Positions 17,797-29,086 of a DNA stretch of 64,000 bases are shown here, in pieces. The DNA is taken from positions 7,679 through 71,678 of the forward strand of contig JBEKAL010000001.1 in assembly GCA_050015935.1 (NCBI GenBank), in the 5' to 3' direction. The notes under the pieces are model-generated. The model was not told the DNA's origin, searched no databases, and saw nothing but the letters and a program-made list of their open reading frames with translations. Origin of the DNA: Roseiarcus sp. (GTDB lineage Bacteria > Pseudomonadota > Alphaproteobacteria > Rhizobiales > Beijerinckiaceae). A program made the translations under genes and the position numbers. The stretch's first letter is position 1. Each line of letters starts with the position of its first letter.

Positions 17797-18536
17797 GGCT
17801 TCTTCCCGGGCGCGAGCATTTCACGAGCGCGGCGCAAGTCCTCGGGCGTGTCGACGCCGAGCGGCGCGACGTCGACCAGCGCGATGTCGATGCGCATGCC
17901 CGCCTCCAACGCGCGCAATTGTTCGAGCCTTTCGCGCCGCTCCAACGGCGAGGGCTTGAGCGCGACGAAGCGCGCCAGCGCTTCGCGCCGATAGGCGTAA
18001 AGGCCGATGTGATGGTAGAGCGGTCCCTCGCCCCAGGGCGCTCGGGTCCTGGTGAAATAGAGCGCTCGCAGGCGCCCCGGGCCGACCTCGGTCCCCACCG
18101 CCTTGACGACGTTGGGATCGTCGCGCTCTTCGGCGCGGGTGATCGGCGTCGCCAACGTCGCGATGTCGACCGCGGGATCGCTCAGCGGGCCGACCGCGGC
18201 GCGCACGGCGCTCCTCTCGATGGTCGGCAGATCGCCCTGCACGTTGACGACGACGTCGAAGCGCCCGCGCGAATCGAAGGCGCTGACGGCCTCGAAAATC
18301 CGGTCGGAGCCCGAGACGTGGTCGGGCCGCGTCAGCACGGCGCGTCCGCCGATCGCCTCGATCGCGTCGACGATCCTGGAATCGTCGGCCGCGACCAGAA
18401 CCGGCCCGACGTCGGCTTCGACGGCGCGCCGCCAGACGTGCGCGATCATCGGCTCGCCGTGGATGTCGGCGAGCGGCTTGCCGGGCAGGCGCGTCGAGGT
18501 CATGCGCGCGGGGATGAGGACGATCGGGTTGGTCAT
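17793..18536 (-). CDS. kdsB: 3-deoxy-manno-octulosonate cytidylyltransferase
   Basis: [27 protein letters not shown]...VNVQGDLP...HIGLYAYRR. Start trimmed to ATG 18536. 4-nt overlap with pheA. Confidence 0.9.
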   Translation of the reverse strand: MTNPIVLIPARMTSTRLPGKPLADIHGEPMIAHVWRRAVEADVGPVLVAADDSRIVDAIEAIGGRAVLTRPDHVSGSDRIFEAVSAFDSRGRFDVVVNVQGDLPTIERSAVRAAVGPLSDPAVDIATLATPITRAEERDDPNVVKAVGTEVGPGRLRALYFTRTRAPWGEGPLYHHIGLYAYRREALARFVALKPSPLERRERLEQLRALEAGMRIDIALVDVAPLGVDTPEDLRRAREMLAPGKKP

Positions 18537-18685
18537 GGGCGGGTTCGGCTCGCGCAGTCGGAAAAAAGGCTGCGGCGCGGCGCTTATACGTGTTGCCAAG
18601 TCCGGCGCAAAGCCGCTAATCAGAATTTTCGGCGGGGCCTCGGGCGCCCCGCCGATCGACGTTCAGATCGGGGCCGCCCGCGCGC

Positions 18686-19222
<537 letters not shown>

Positions 19223-19482
19223 AAGGCGGCGGGCCTTCCCGACCACGGCGAGCCCGGCGGCGATTTTGCGCGGCGATGGCGGCGTTGGAGCGAGCGACAT
19301 AGCGCCGGCGAAACCGCCGAAGTCGCCGACTTGAACCTGGCTGACGGCCCGGCTCGGCGCCTGCGCGAAATGGAGCCACAGATGTCGAGGGCGACGAACG
19401 CATCCGAGGAACGGCGGAAGGTCGGAATGCTGGTTCCGCCGCTGGCTCTGCTACTGGCGCTGATTTCGGCCTGCGCCGGCGC

Positions 19483-21285
19483 TCAGCATTCCTCGACGCC
19501 GCCGGCGGGCCGACGCCAAGCCGGGTCCGGTCGGAACTCGCGCACCCAGCGCGGGATATCGCCCGCCGGCATCGGCCGCGCCAGCGCATAGCCCTGCATC
19601 ACGTCGCAACCCAAGGCCAGCAGGCGCATAATGTGGGCCGAGGTCTCAACTCCCTCGGCGACGAGGGAGCGACCAAAGGCGCGTCCCAGTCGGATCACGG
19701 CTTCGACGATGGCGAGGTCTTCCGCCCGCGCCAGCATTTGGCGTACGAAGGACTGGTCGATCTTGATCTCCGCCACCGGCAGATGTCGGACGTGGGCGAG
19801 GGTCGAGTAGCCGGTGCCGAAATCGTCGAGGGAGAAAGCGACGCCGAGCTTCCGGCACTCCTCGATCATTTGGCGGATGACGTCCAGGTCCTTCAAGGCC
19901 GCAGTCTCGACAATCTCGATGCGGAGACGGTCCCGCCCCGCCTCGGGGCAATGATCCAAGGCACCGGCGAGGGCGCCGGGGAATCCCGGCTGCAGCAACT
20001 GGCGGGCGAAGACGTTGACGCTGACGCACAGATCGACGCCCTCGCGCCGCCATTGCGCGATCTGGGACAATGCCTCACGAATCGCCCACTCCCCGACCTT
20101 GAGCGCGAGATCGGTGTCCTCGATCAGCGGCAGGAACTCAGCCGGCGGCAACAAGCCGAGGCTCGGATGTTGCCAGCGGATCAGCGCTTCGGCGCCGACG
20201 CATCGGCCATTTCGGCAATCCACCTGGGGCTGGTAATAGAGGCGGAACTGCCCCGATTCCATGGCCTCGGCAAGCCGCCGGAGGGTCTCGTGGCGCGAAT
20301 GGATGCGCTGCTCGATCCGGGCGTCGAACAATCGGTAACGGTTCTTGCCGGACTGCTTGGCGGCGTACATGGCATGGTCGGCATGACGGACCAGGGTGTC
20401 GGGATCGACCGGATCATCCGGAAACATGGTCACGCCGATGCTTGCGGAAACGCCGGCCTGCAGACCGTCGCCGAGCGCATAGGGGGCCGACACCGCATGA
20501 AGCAGGCGATCGAGGGCCGATCGGCAGTCGTCGTCGCGGGTCAAGCCTGAGAGCACGACGGCGAATTCATCGCCGCCGAGCCGGGCCGCGGTGTCGCCGC
20601 TGCGCACGCCGGCCACGAGCCGCTTCGCCACCTCGACCAGCAACTGGTTCCCGGTCTGCCGGCCGAGCCCGTCATTGACCTCCTTGAAGCCGTCGAGGTT
20701 GAGGGAGCAGACCGCGATGCGGGCGCCGGCCCGCTCATTCTGGCCGATCGCTTGGCGCAGGCGGTCGGCGAGCAGCAGGCGGTTGGGCAGGCCGGTCAGC
20801 GGGTCGTGATAGGCAATCCGCTCCGGGCGCCCGGCAGGCGTCTCGCCCTCGTCGGTGTCGTGAACAGCGACGAGCACGTAGCGCTCGCCGTCTATCTCGA
20901 CCAGCTTCCCCGACAACGTCACATTGACGATCGCGCCATCTTTGCGCTGCATCGGCGTTTCGAAGCCGAGGACCTCGCCGTCGCGCTCGATTTTCTCCCG
21001 CCATTCGCGTCGGCGCCGGTCGTCGATCCAGAGGCCGAGACCACTGGGGAGCGTGGTCCGTCCGACCAGTTCGTCGGGACGATAGCCGAAATATTCGGGA
21101 AAGCTGAGGTTAACCTCGAGGATGACGCCATCGACGAGACGGATCAACGCCTTGGCGTCGGGAACCAGGCTGAAAAGCGCGGCAAATTTTGCCTTGGACT
21201 CGAGCACGGCCTCTTCCGCCGGCAGACGCGCGCCGACGTCGCGGGCGCTGGCGATGAAACGCCGGCTTGCGCATTGTCGACCCAT
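19483..21285 (-). CDS. PAS-GGDEF-EAL c-di-GMP turnover protein
   Basis: PAS region (ESKAKFAALFSLVPDA...), GGDEF site RLGGDEFAVVL, EAL site GAEALIRWQHP and DDFGTGYS. Start trimmed to ATG 21285; the upstream ORF part is Arg-rich. Confidence 0.85.
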   Translation of the reverse strand: MGRQCASRRFIASARDVGARLPAEEAVLESKAKFAALFSLVPDAKALIRLVDGVILEVNLSFPEYFGYRPDELVGRTTLPSGLGLWIDDRRRREWREKIERDGEVLGFETPMQRKDGAIVNVTLSGKLVEIDGERYVLVAVHDTDEGETPAGRPERIAYHDPLTGLPNRLLLADRLRQAIGQNERAGARIAVCSLNLDGFKEVNDGLGRQTGNQLLVEVAKRLVAGVRSGDTAARLGGDEFAVVLSGLTRDDDCRSALDRLLHAVSAPYALGDGLQAGVSASIGVTMFPDDPVDPDTLVRHADHAMYAAKQSGKNRYRLFDARIEQRIHSRHETLRRLAEAMESGQFRLYYQPQVDCRNGRCVGAEALIRWQHPSLGLLPPAEFLPLIEDTDLALKVGEWAIREALSQIAQWRREGVDLCVSVNVFARQLLQPGFPGALAGALDHCPEAGRDRLRIEIVETAALKDLDVIRQMIEECRKLGVAFSLDDFGTGYSTLAHVRHLPVAEIKIDQSFVRQMLARAEDLAIVEAVIRLGRAFGRSLVAEGVETSAHIMRLLALGCDVMQGYALARPMPAGDIPRWVREFRPDPAWRRPAGGVEEC

Positions 21286-22068
21286 AGGCGAAGCTCGCCG
21301 ATGCTCCTCGTCGCTCCCGGCGCTCGGCGAGAAGGGACGTCTCGATAGAGACGGCTGCGGATCACAACTCTCTTTGGACTCTCCGAAATGCGGCTTTGCC
21401 GCGTGGCGACAGTTCGCGAGCAAGCGACAGGACGCAGAGTCGCGGCTGCCGCTCGGGCAGCGCCGAAATCTGCACGGTAATGGTTTTCTTGGCATCCTGC
21501 GCCTTCTATCGCCACATTGGAGCGACAAAGCGCGCCTGATGCGCCAGCGCTCGCCTGTCATATGCGGCGACGCACGTTTCCACTCTTGAACTCTTGGCGG
21601 CGGCGGGTCTGGCCGGCCTCCGGAAGGCGCGCGGCGCGGAGCCTTGCGGCGCGCGGCGCATCAGGATGTCGTCGCCTCGCCCCATGACAAATCCCAATAA
21701 GGCGTGTTGTCTCGTCACCTGGAAACGACAATTGCGGCGATCGCCTTGGGTCAAGCCGGCGTTGTTTCTCGGGTCGGTCGGTTGGAGCCCTCGCCGAGAC
21801 AAAGTTGTCATACTTTCTCAGCGATTCCGTTAATGTTCACGCGACATCCCTGCGACAAAATGTCGTTGCGCGGATCGTGTCGACTGAAGGGGTCCCGCTG
21901 CGCGGGGCCACTTCAGACTCTCGGCGGTTCCCCGCCGCTGTCTTCTGTAATAGACGTGGGCGGAGGGTGAACGGCGCCGCCGTCCGAACGCGCGGGGACA
22001 AGCGGTTGGAACTGGTCCTCGCCGACCTTGAAGACCCGCCCCTCGAGGCGACGCACTGGACCGGCGCG

Positions 22069-23157
22069 ATGACGATCAAGGCTTCCGGCGTTTGGCTTCG
22101 CTATCTTTTGGTCTGCGTCGTCGTCCTGTGGACGGCGAGCGAGGCGTTCGCCGGCGACAAGCCGACGTCGTCGACCGACGCCTTACGCGTCGCGGCGGCT
22201 GTCGCGCCAGACGGGCCCGATCAGGCGCCGGCGGCGCAAAGCGATCTCGCCGGTCAGGTGGATGCGGTCGCCTTCTCGCCCGACGGGCGCTTTGTCGTCT
22301 CGGGCGGCGCCGACATGACCGTCGAGTTGTGGGAGCTTGCGAGCGGCAAGCTCGTCAAGACTCTTGCGGGGCATGGCGGCGCCGTGTCGTCCCTCGCCTT
22401 CTCGCCCGACGGGCGTTTCGTCGTTTCCGGCAGCCTGGACGTGACCATCAAGCTGTGGGACGTGGCGAGCGGCAAGTTGATCGAGACCTTCGACTTCGAC
22501 GGGCAGGCGGGCGATGTGGCTTCTGTCGCCTTCGCGCCGGACGGAGGCGCCGTCGTCTCGGGCGGCTTGGACCGAACTGTCAAACTGTGGGATGTGGCGA
22601 GCGGCAAGGCGATAAGGACTTTCGAGGGGCATGGCGAAGCCGTGCTTTGCGTCGCCTTCTCGCCCGACGGCCGCCTTGTCGCCTCGGGCAGCGACGATCG
22701 CACCGTCAAGCTGTGGAACGCGGCGAGCGGCAAGCCGATCAAGACTTTCGCGGCGCAGGACGGCAGCGTGACGTCCCTCGCCTTTTCGCCCGACGGCCGC
22801 TCGATCGTCTCGGCCAACGACAGCGACGACCAATCCCTCATGTTGTGGGATGTGGCGGGGGGCAAGCCGATCAGGATCTTCGGGGGCCATGGCAAGGGCG
22901 TTTCCTCGGTCGCCTTTTCGCCGGACGGTCGCTCGATCGTCTCGGGCGGTTGGGACGAGACCGTGAAGCTGTGGGATGCGGCGAGCGGCAAATTGATCCG
23001 GACCTTCGAAGGGCACCGCGACGCCGTGCTTTCCGTCGCCTTCTCGCCGGACGGTCGCTCGATCGTCTCGGGAAGTTGGGACAGGACCCTGAAGCTGTGG
23101 GACGTGGCGAGCGGCGACGTGATCAAGACATTCGGGCCGATCGCGCAAGAGCGTTAG
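22069..23157 (+). CDS. secreted seven-repeat WD40 beta-propeller protein
   Basis: Signal-peptide-like MTIKASGVWLRYLLVCVVVLWTASEAFA. Then seven copies of V.SVAFSPDGR..VSGS.D.T.KLWD.ASGK.I.TF at a 42-aa (126-bp) period. Confidence 0.85.
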   Translation: MTIKASGVWLRYLLVCVVVLWTASEAFAGDKPTSSTDALRVAAAVAPDGPDQAPAAQSDLAGQVDAVAFSPDGRFVVSGGADMTVELWELASGKLVKTLAGHGGAVSSLAFSPDGRFVVSGSLDVTIKLWDVASGKLIETFDFDGQAGDVASVAFAPDGGAVVSGGLDRTVKLWDVASGKAIRTFEGHGEAVLCVAFSPDGRLVASGSDDRTVKLWNAASGKPIKTFAAQDGSVTSLAFSPDGRSIVSANDSDDQSLMLWDVAGGKPIRIFGGHGKGVSSVAFSPDGRSIVSGGWDETVKLWDAASGKLIRTFEGHRDAVLSVAFSPDGRSIVSGSWDRTLKLWDVASGDVIKTFGPIAQER

Positions 23158-23380
23158 AAGGGCGTCCCGCTCGTCCCGTCGGCGAATCCGTCCATCCGCG
23201 CCTCGTTTCGCGCCGCCCGTCCGGCGGCGCGCGTCGGACCGGCGCGGGGTCCGCCTCGACACGGCAAGCTCATGGGCGGCGCCGACGCCAAACTCGACGA
23301 AGACGACTCGCGGCGCGGCTCGGGCGCTCATGGCGAGGCTGCCCGTCGGATCGGGGCCAATCGTCCGATGCGGCCGATCG

Positions 23381-23836
23381 TTACAGATGCTGCTTGGCTT
23401 GCGCGCTGGAAAGAAAGGTGAATTCCTGAATTCCCATGTCGACGACGATCTCGGCGTTCAGGCGCGCGTTGACATTCTTGATCAAGGTCTTGGTCATCTT
23501 GTTCAGATCGAAGGCGTCCAGATGGTCGAAATCGATCGTGCTGTCGTCGTAGAGGTAGCGAAACGCCTCGTCGACGACAAATGCATCGGGCGGGACCGGA
23601 CTCTTCTTAATGGCGGCGGTGTCGACGACATAGGAAAGCTGCGCGACGACATACCCCTTCACGGTCCCGTCGCGGATCTTGGGAACATTGATCTCCTTTG
23701 TCTTCCTGGATTCTCGCGCCGACGCGGCGGCGGCGACCGGCGGTTTCGCGACGGCCTCGCGCAGGTGGCTCATGGCGTAGCCCGCCGCGAGCGTGGTCAG
23801 GCACGCCCAAAAGCCGACGAGAATGATTCTGATCAT
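23381..23836 (-). CDS. small membrane-anchored protein, possible FliL-family paralogue
   Basis: N-terminal TM helix MIRIILVGFWACLTTLAAGY, last gene of the long flagellar minus-strand array, ATGA overlap with the upstream gene. The FliL assignment rests on size, topology and context only. Confidence 0.4.
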   Translation of the reverse strand: MIRIILVGFWACLTTLAAGYAMSHLREAVAKPPVAAAASARESRKTKEINVPKIRDGTVKGYVVAQLSYVVDTAAIKKSPVPPDAFVVDEAFRYLYDDSTIDFDHLDAFDLNKMTKTLIKNVNARLNAEIVVDMGIQEFTFLSSAQAKQHL

Positions 23837-24246
23837 TCGTCGTGGTCCAACCAGGAACGGGCCGAATAGGTGCCGTCGGACTGGCTTTCGCGGATCGCTC
23901 GCGCGATGATGTCGGAGACCGCTTGCGCCGCCTTCAACTGCGTGCGCAGCATGCGATGGTTCGTTTCCAGCTTGTCGTGAAGATCGGCGAGTGCGGCCCG
24001 AAGGATAGGACCGACTTGATTGTTGGCGAGCGCCGGCGCGAGACGTTTCAGCTCCAGCAATCCCTGACTCTTGCGCAAGTTGTAAGCATTGTAGTCGACC
24101 GATCCGCGCCGCGCAATGTCTTGGTTTTCCTCGTCGAGCGTTTGGCGCAGTCGATCGACGACTGGTAGAATCATCGCGATCGGGCTCTGAGAACGCCCCG
24201 AATTCGCCGCGGCGAAGTTTGGGTGACGAAGAATTGCAGCGCTCAT
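23833..24246 (-). CDS. helical hypothetical protein in flagellar operon (FlgN-like chaperone is a guess)
   Basis: 137 aa, predicted helical (LRQTLDEENQ..., LADLHDKLETNHRMLRTQLKAAQ). ATGA overlaps on both sides (flgJ upstream, next gene downstream). Confidence 0.35.
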   Translation of the reverse strand: MSAAILRHPNFAAANSGRSQSPIAMILPVVDRLRQTLDEENQDIARRGSVDYNAYNLRKSQGLLELKRLAPALANNQVGPILRAALADLHDKLETNHRMLRTQLKAAQAVSDIIARAIRESQSDGTYSARSWLDHDE

Positions 24247-24839
24247 GAGCGTTTGTGATCCGCAAAGAGGAAGGCGCCGTCCGAGTGAGCGACGCCGCTC
24301 GGCAGCGATAAGGCGTTGGCGCTCATTTGCGCCGCCTCATGCGCGTCCGGGGTGTCCAGACGGCTCGCGCGCTCCAACGATTCGCTCGCCGACAGCGGGT
24401 GCGCCGCGAACAATCGTCTGGCGATCCCCAACGACCCGGATTTGGCGATCTGCCGCGCCACCTGATCGGCGAGCATGGATTTCCACATATCGCCCGCCAG
24501 GCCCTGGCCAAAGGCCGCGGATCCGTCCTTCGGCAACATCTCGTTGACGAAACCGTTGAGCAGGACGGCTTCGAAATCGACTTGCGCCTTCGCCGCTTTG
24601 TCGCTCGCGGCGAACGCCGCGTCGACGAATCGCGATCGCGCGTCCGCGGCTCCCGCGACTGGTGCCGGGGCGGGCGAGGAAAGCCGCGCCGTCTGCGCGA
24701 GCGTCTCGGAGAAGTCCGCCGTTTCCGCCGCTCCTGCGCCGGCGAGCTCGTTGAGCCGCTGCGTGGCCGCCGCCGCGCGGGCCGGATCGGCGGCCTTGGC
24801 CACTTCGAGCACGACATCCGAGGGAGAATCGATGGCCAT
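24243..24839 (-). CDS. flgJ: flagellar rod-binding protein FlgJ (N-terminal rod-binding domain only, no muramidase domain)
   Basis: FEAVLLNGFVNEMLP...GDMWKSMLADQVARQIAKSGSLGIARRL is the Rod-binding (FlgJ N-terminal / CheL) signature. Only 198 aa. Confidence 0.8.
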   Translation of the reverse strand: MAIDSPSDVVLEVAKAADPARAAAATQRLNELAGAGAAETADFSETLAQTARLSSPAPAPVAGAADARSRFVDAAFAASDKAAKAQVDFEAVLLNGFVNEMLPKDGSAAFGQGLAGDMWKSMLADQVARQIAKSGSLGIARRLFAAHPLSASESLERASRLDTPDAHEAAQMSANALSLPSGVAHSDGAFLFADHKRS

Positions 24840-24886
24840 GGAACCGCCGAGAGGCGTTGAACTCCGTCGAGTTTCCTCTCCGGGCC

Positions 24887-25285
24887 TTACGCCGAGCTTG
24901 ACTTCGGATTGCGCAGCGAGCGTTCGATGAGATCGGCGAGCTCCTTGCGCTGCCTTTGATCGCGATACCGCGCGTCGGCGCTTTCGCGGGCGCGATCCGC
25001 GAGTTTGGCGCGCGTTCCCTGATCGATGGCCCGTCGCGTCTGCGCCTCGTACTCGGCGGCGGCGGCGGCGATCTCCTTTTCCAAGGCGCGAATGCGGCGC
25101 AAGCCCGCCGCCGCGGGCGCCCCATATGCGGCGACGCCGCGCTCCATCGCGTCCAACATTTCACAATGATTCCGCGCCAGATCATCGCGCTCGCGGCTGA
25201 GCGCGTTCAGCCGCCAAACCGCGAGATCATGCATTTCCTTGTGCAGGCGCCCGATTTTCTCGAGGGCCTGGAGTCGTCTTTTCAT
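24887..25285 (-). CDS. coiled-coil protein, possible FliJ-like export component
   Basis: 132 aa, heptad-rich and charged (LQALEKIGRLHKEMHDLAVWRLNALSRERDDLARN...). Directly downstream of fliR. Assignment by size, composition and context only. Confidence 0.4.
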   Translation of the reverse strand: MKRRLQALEKIGRLHKEMHDLAVWRLNALSRERDDLARNHCEMLDAMERGVAAYGAPAAAGLRRIRALEKEIAAAAAEYEAQTRRAIDQGTRAKLADRARESADARYRDQRQRKELADLIERSLRNPKSSSA

Positions 25286-25288
25286 CGC

Positions 25289-26077
25289 TTATCCCGATAT
25301 GAGCCAGGACTCGAAACCCAGCATGAACTCGCCAAGAAGCGGCTTGATCGAGAAATACAACAACAACAGCCCTCCAGCGATGATGAACGGCATGGACATA
25401 AAGAAAATCGCGATTTGCGGGGTCAGACGGTTGATGAGGCTCATCGCCAGATTGACGACGATCGCATAGATGAAAAACGGCGAGGACACCCGAAGCGCGA
25501 TGCGAAAGGTGTCGCCGAGCGTCGAGGCGACCTGCCGCAATGAATATCCCGGATTGAACTCGGCGCCGATCGGAATCGCGTGATAAGAGGCCGCCAGGCC
25601 GCGCAAGACTTCCCAATGGGCGTCGGTGACGAAGATCAGCGCCGTCGCCGACAAGGTCACCAAGCTGGCGAGCGGCGGCAGCGCTTGATTCGGCTCCAGG
25701 TCAATTCCGAACGGATTGGCCATGCTGAGCATTGTCGCCGCTCCCGCCGCCAGGGTCTCCAGCGCAAGAAAAAACAACCGGCCGAGGAGGCCGATCAATC
25801 CGCCGATCAACGTCTCGAACACGATCAATCGCAGCGCCGGGATCGGATCGGCGCTGAACGATCGCAACGGCGCCTCATCGAGAAGAAGCGGCGCCAACGA
25901 CAGCGTCACCGCCACCGCAATGAACAATCGAATCTGCACCGGTATCTGCGCGCTCGATATCCCCGGCATCAGCATCAGGCACGCGCCGATGCGGCAGAAG
26001 AGAATGAACGTCGCCAACGTCACGTTGGGATTGAGGATCGCGCCGGCGCCCGCGAATATGTCGTCGTTCGCGTTCAC
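25289..26077 (-). CDS. fliR: flagellar export apparatus protein FliR
   Basis: 262 aa polytopic membrane protein, FILFCRIGACLMLMPG...IP..IRL pattern. GTG start overlapping the flhA stop. Confidence 0.9.
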   Translation of the reverse strand: MNANDDIFAGAGAILNPNVTLATFILFCRIGACLMLMPGISSAQIPVQIRLFIAVAVTLSLAPLLLDEAPLRSFSADPIPALRLIVFETLIGGLIGLLGRLFFLALETLAAGAATMLSMANPFGIDLEPNQALPPLASLVTLSATALIFVTDAHWEVLRGLAASYHAIPIGAEFNPGYSLRQVASTLGDTFRIALRVSSPFFIYAIVVNLAMSLINRLTPQIAIFFMSMPFIIAGGLLLLYFSIKPLLGEFMLGFESWLISG

Positions 26078-28164
26078 TAGGATATCGCGCCGAGCGACTT
26101 GACCTCGAACCCGCGCGCGATCTCGAGTTGGGACATTACCGGCAGCGTCGGGAACATGCGCTCGATGATCATTCGCACATAGGGTCGCGTCTCGGCGGTG
26201 GTGACGAGGGCGAAGAGGTGCTTTTCATCCATGCGTTTGCGGATCGCCGCGGACGCCTCGGCGGCGAATTGCTCCATCAACCTGGGATCGATGTCGAATT
26301 CGCTCACCTCGCCCTTGGCGTCGCGCTTGAGACTTTGGTGAAAGACGAGATCCCAACGATTGCCGAGCCGCAGCACTCGGAGCACGCCCTGGTCCTGAAT
26401 GTCGCCGCAGATCTGTTGCGAGATGCGAATGCGCACGTGTTCGACGATCTGCTCGGGACGGCGCACGTGAGGCGCGATCTCGGCGATGGCCTCGAGAATG
26501 AGATTCAGGTTGCGAATGGAGACACGCTCGGCGAGCAGCAGCTTGAGCACCGCCTGCAGTCCCGAATAGGAAATCTGCGAAGGGCAGATTTCGTCGATGA
26601 GCTTCTTGTATTCGGGCTCCAGCCGGTCGAACAGCGCGCGCATGTCCCTGTAGGACAGCAGTTGCGCCAGATTGTTGTGGATCACTTCGCTCAGGTGGGT
26701 CAGCAGGACCGACGCCGGGTCGATCGGCTTGAACCCTTCTCGCTTGACGTCCTTGACGTAGGCTTGCGAAATCGAAATCGCCTTCATTCCGAAGGCCGGC
26801 TCGCGCACTTCGTCGCCGGGAACGTTGGGCCGTTTGCCGTCGCCGACGATCACCAGAAATTCGTTGACGCGCAACTCCTGCGTCGCCACGACCGTGCCGT
26901 GGATGCGGATCTGATAGGTCTTGGTCGGCGTCTTGATGTCGTCCGTAAGCTTGATGTCGGGAACGACGAAGCCGTATTGCCGCGCGAATTTCCGGCGCAT
27001 CTTGGCGACGCGCGAGGCGATCTCGTCGTGCGAGGCCAACAGCGTCGCCGTCAGTTCCTTGCTGAAGCAGAGTTCGATCTCGGCGGATTTCAACTGCTCC
27101 TTGATCGAGGAGCGCGCCTCGGCGCGGAGTTTCTCTTCGCGGCTGGCCTTCTCGGCCGCCGCGATCGCGCGATCCTTCGCCTGTCGGTTGGGAATGGCGA
27201 CGCCGACAAAGGCCATCAGCCCGCCAAGAAGCGCGAAGGGAATAAACGGCAGACCCGGGACCACGCCGAGCACGAACATCAGCAGCGCCGCCATGAACAG
27301 CGCATTGGGATATTTGCTGAGCTGATCGAGCACCGCCTTGTCGGCGGAGCCGCGCGTGCCGCCCTTGGCGACGAGCATGCCGGCGGCGAGGGAAATGATC
27401 AGCGCCGGGATTTGCGTGACCAAGCCGTCGCCGACCGACAGCTTGGTGAAGATGTCCGCGGCAGTGGACAATCCAAGTCCGTGCCGGGTGACGCCGATGA
27501 CGATGCCGCCGAAGATATTGACCGCGAGGATGATCAGGCCGGCGATGGCGTCGCCGCGCACGAACTTGGAGGCGCCGTCCATCGAGCCGAAGAACGCGCT
27601 TTCCTCCTCGAGTTCGCGCCGCCGCTGCTGGGCGATCTTTTCGTCGATCGTGCCCGCCGACAGGTCGGCGTCGATCGCCATCTGCTTGCCGGGAATGGCG
27701 TCGAGCGTGAATCTGGCGCCGACTTCCGCGATGCGGGTCGCGCCCTTGGTGATCACCAGAAAGTTGATGATCACGAGAATGAGGAAGACGATGATGCCGA
27801 TGACGAAGTCGCCGCTCATCACCAGGCTGGCGAACCCGCCGATGATATAACCGGCGGCGGTCGTTCCCTGCGCGCCGTGCGACAGAATGAGCCGCGTCGT
27901 CGAGATGTTGAGCGCCAGCCTGAGGATGGTCGCCACGAGCAGCACGGTGGGAAAGGAGGAGAATTCGAGCGGTTTGTGAATCCACAGCGCGACCATCAAG
28001 ATCAGCACCGAAAGCGCGATCGACAGCGCAAGGCCGAGATCGATCATCATCGCGGGAACCGGCAGGAAGAACAGGCATAGGATCAGCACGATGGCGGCCG
28101 CAAAGCCGACGTCCTTGCCTCCGCGGCCTATTGCCGGCTCGATCGCCGCCGTCGTCAATGACAT
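26077..28164 (-). CDS. flhA: flagellar export apparatus protein FlhA
   Basis: [33 protein letters not shown] and a C-terminal cytoplasmic domain. Start set at ATG 28164 ([10 protein letters not shown]); the ORF extends to 28206. Confidence 0.95.
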   Translation of the reverse strand: MSLTTAAIEPAIGRGGKDVGFAAAIVLILCLFFLPVPAMMIDLGLALSIALSVLILMVALWIHKPLEFSSFPTVLLVATILRLALNISTTRLILSHGAQGTTAAGYIIGGFASLVMSGDFVIGIIVFLILVIINFLVITKGATRIAEVGARFTLDAIPGKQMAIDADLSAGTIDEKIAQQRRRELEEESAFFGSMDGASKFVRGDAIAGLIILAVNIFGGIVIGVTRHGLGLSTAADIFTKLSVGDGLVTQIPALIISLAAGMLVAKGGTRGSADKAVLDQLSKYPNALFMAALLMFVLGVVPGLPFIPFALLGGLMAFVGVAIPNRQAKDRAIAAAEKASREEKLRAEARSSIKEQLKSAEIELCFSKELTATLLASHDEIASRVAKMRRKFARQYGFVVPDIKLTDDIKTPTKTYQIRIHGTVVATQELRVNEFLVIVGDGKRPNVPGDEVREPAFGMKAISISQAYVKDVKREGFKPIDPASVLLTHLSEVIHNNLAQLLSYRDMRALFDRLEPEYKKLIDEICPSQISYSGLQAVLKLLLAERVSIRNLNLILEAIAEIAPHVRRPEQIVEHVRIRISQQICGDIQDQGVLRVLRLGNRWDLVFHQSLKRDAKGEVSEFDIDPRLMEQFAAEASAAIRKRMDEKHLFALVTTAETRPYVRMIIERMFPTLPVMSQLEIARGFEVKSLGAIS

Positions 28165-28392
28165 TGCGGTCTCTCCCCCTTGCGTCACGGCGACAATGAC
28201 GGCCAAAGCTTGCGCGGGGGTCTCGCCGATCGCGGTTCGCGCCGTCGGCGAGCGCAGCGAACGAAGCGAATCTTCGGAGCGGCGGCGCTCGCCCGGAATC
28301 CTGCGCGCAAGAGCGCGAAGTCGGCGGCGACGCGAGCGACGATGGCGCGGCCGAGTTCGCGCACGACGGCGCGTCGCGGGCCCGGGCGCCGA

Positions 28393-28665
28393 TCAGTTCC
28401 CGAATCCGCTTTCGATGCGCGCGTAGACGTTTTCCGTGAAAACGTAGAATTGTCCGCCGATGAAGGACGCGGTGAGGCTGACGACTACAAGAATCACCAC
28501 GATTTTCGGCACGAAGGTCAGGGTCATTTCCTGGACCTGCGTCAAGGCCTGCAGAAGCGCGATCGCCACGCCGACGACCATCGCGGCGCCGACCGCCGGG
28601 CCGGCGCCGACGATGATCATCCAGATCGCGGCCTGAATGACGTCGAGCGCGTCGCCCTCGTTCAT
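28393..28665 (-). CDS. fliQ: flagellar export apparatus protein FliQ
   Basis: 90 aa, two TM segments, LLQALTQVQEMTLTFVPKI signature. ATGA overlap with flgD. Confidence 0.9.
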   Translation of the reverse strand: MNEGDALDVIQAAIWMIIVGAGPAVGAAMVVGVAIALLQALTQVQEMTLTFVPKIVVILVVVSLTASFIGGQFYVFTENVYARIESGFGN

Positions 28666-29075
28666 TGCACGTTGGCGCCGTTGGCGAACGGGATCGTGCC
28701 GCCGTCGGTGAGGGTGGCGGTGGCGGCGCCGGCGGAGCTGACGTCGACCGACTCCACCTGTCCGGACGTCGTTCCGTCCGACGAAGTCATCGTCGAGCCG
28801 ACCGCCAGTTCGGCTTGGGTCAACGAACTCGCGGTCAACAGCGACGCGAGCGTGGTGTTGGTTTGCACGGCCTGTTGAACCTGGGAGATCGTCGCCAATT
28901 GGGTCACCATCGTCGTGGGGTCCATCGGCTGCGTCGGGTCCTGGTTCTGCAATTCCGCGATGAGAAGGGTCAGAAACGAGTTGTAGCTCAGCGACGGCGT
29001 CGCGGACGACGAAGACGCCGATGTCGACGATGTCGAGGCGGCGCTCGTGACTGCGGGAGTGGCGGTGACGGTCAT
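28662..29075 (-). CDS. flgD: flagellar hook capping/assembly protein FlgD
   Basis: FLTLLIAELQNQDPTQPMDPTTMVTQLATISQVQQ, FlgD N-terminal signature. Confidence 0.85.
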   Translation of the reverse strand: MTVTATPAVTSAASTSSTSASSSSATPSLSYNSFLTLLIAELQNQDPTQPMDPTTMVTQLATISQVQQAVQTNTTLASLLTASSLTQAELAVGSTMTSSDGTTSGQVESVDVSSAGAATATLTDGGTIPFANGANVQ

Positions 29076-29086
29076 TGTCGGTCCTT

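Noticed and set aside
21805-22068. Upstream 88-codon extension of the WD40 ORF
   Set aside because: The extension is Arg-rich and lacks features. The internal ATG at 22069 gives a canonical signal peptide.
22250-23130. Periodic 126-bp DNA repeats
   Set aside because: The seven WD40 coding units fully explain them. This is not a CRISPR array or a satellite.
26128-28080. 650-aa plus-strand ORF and 617-aa alternative minus frame over flhA
   Set aside because: FlhA motifs occupy the other minus frame across the whole interval. These frames are Arg/Asp/His-rich shadows.
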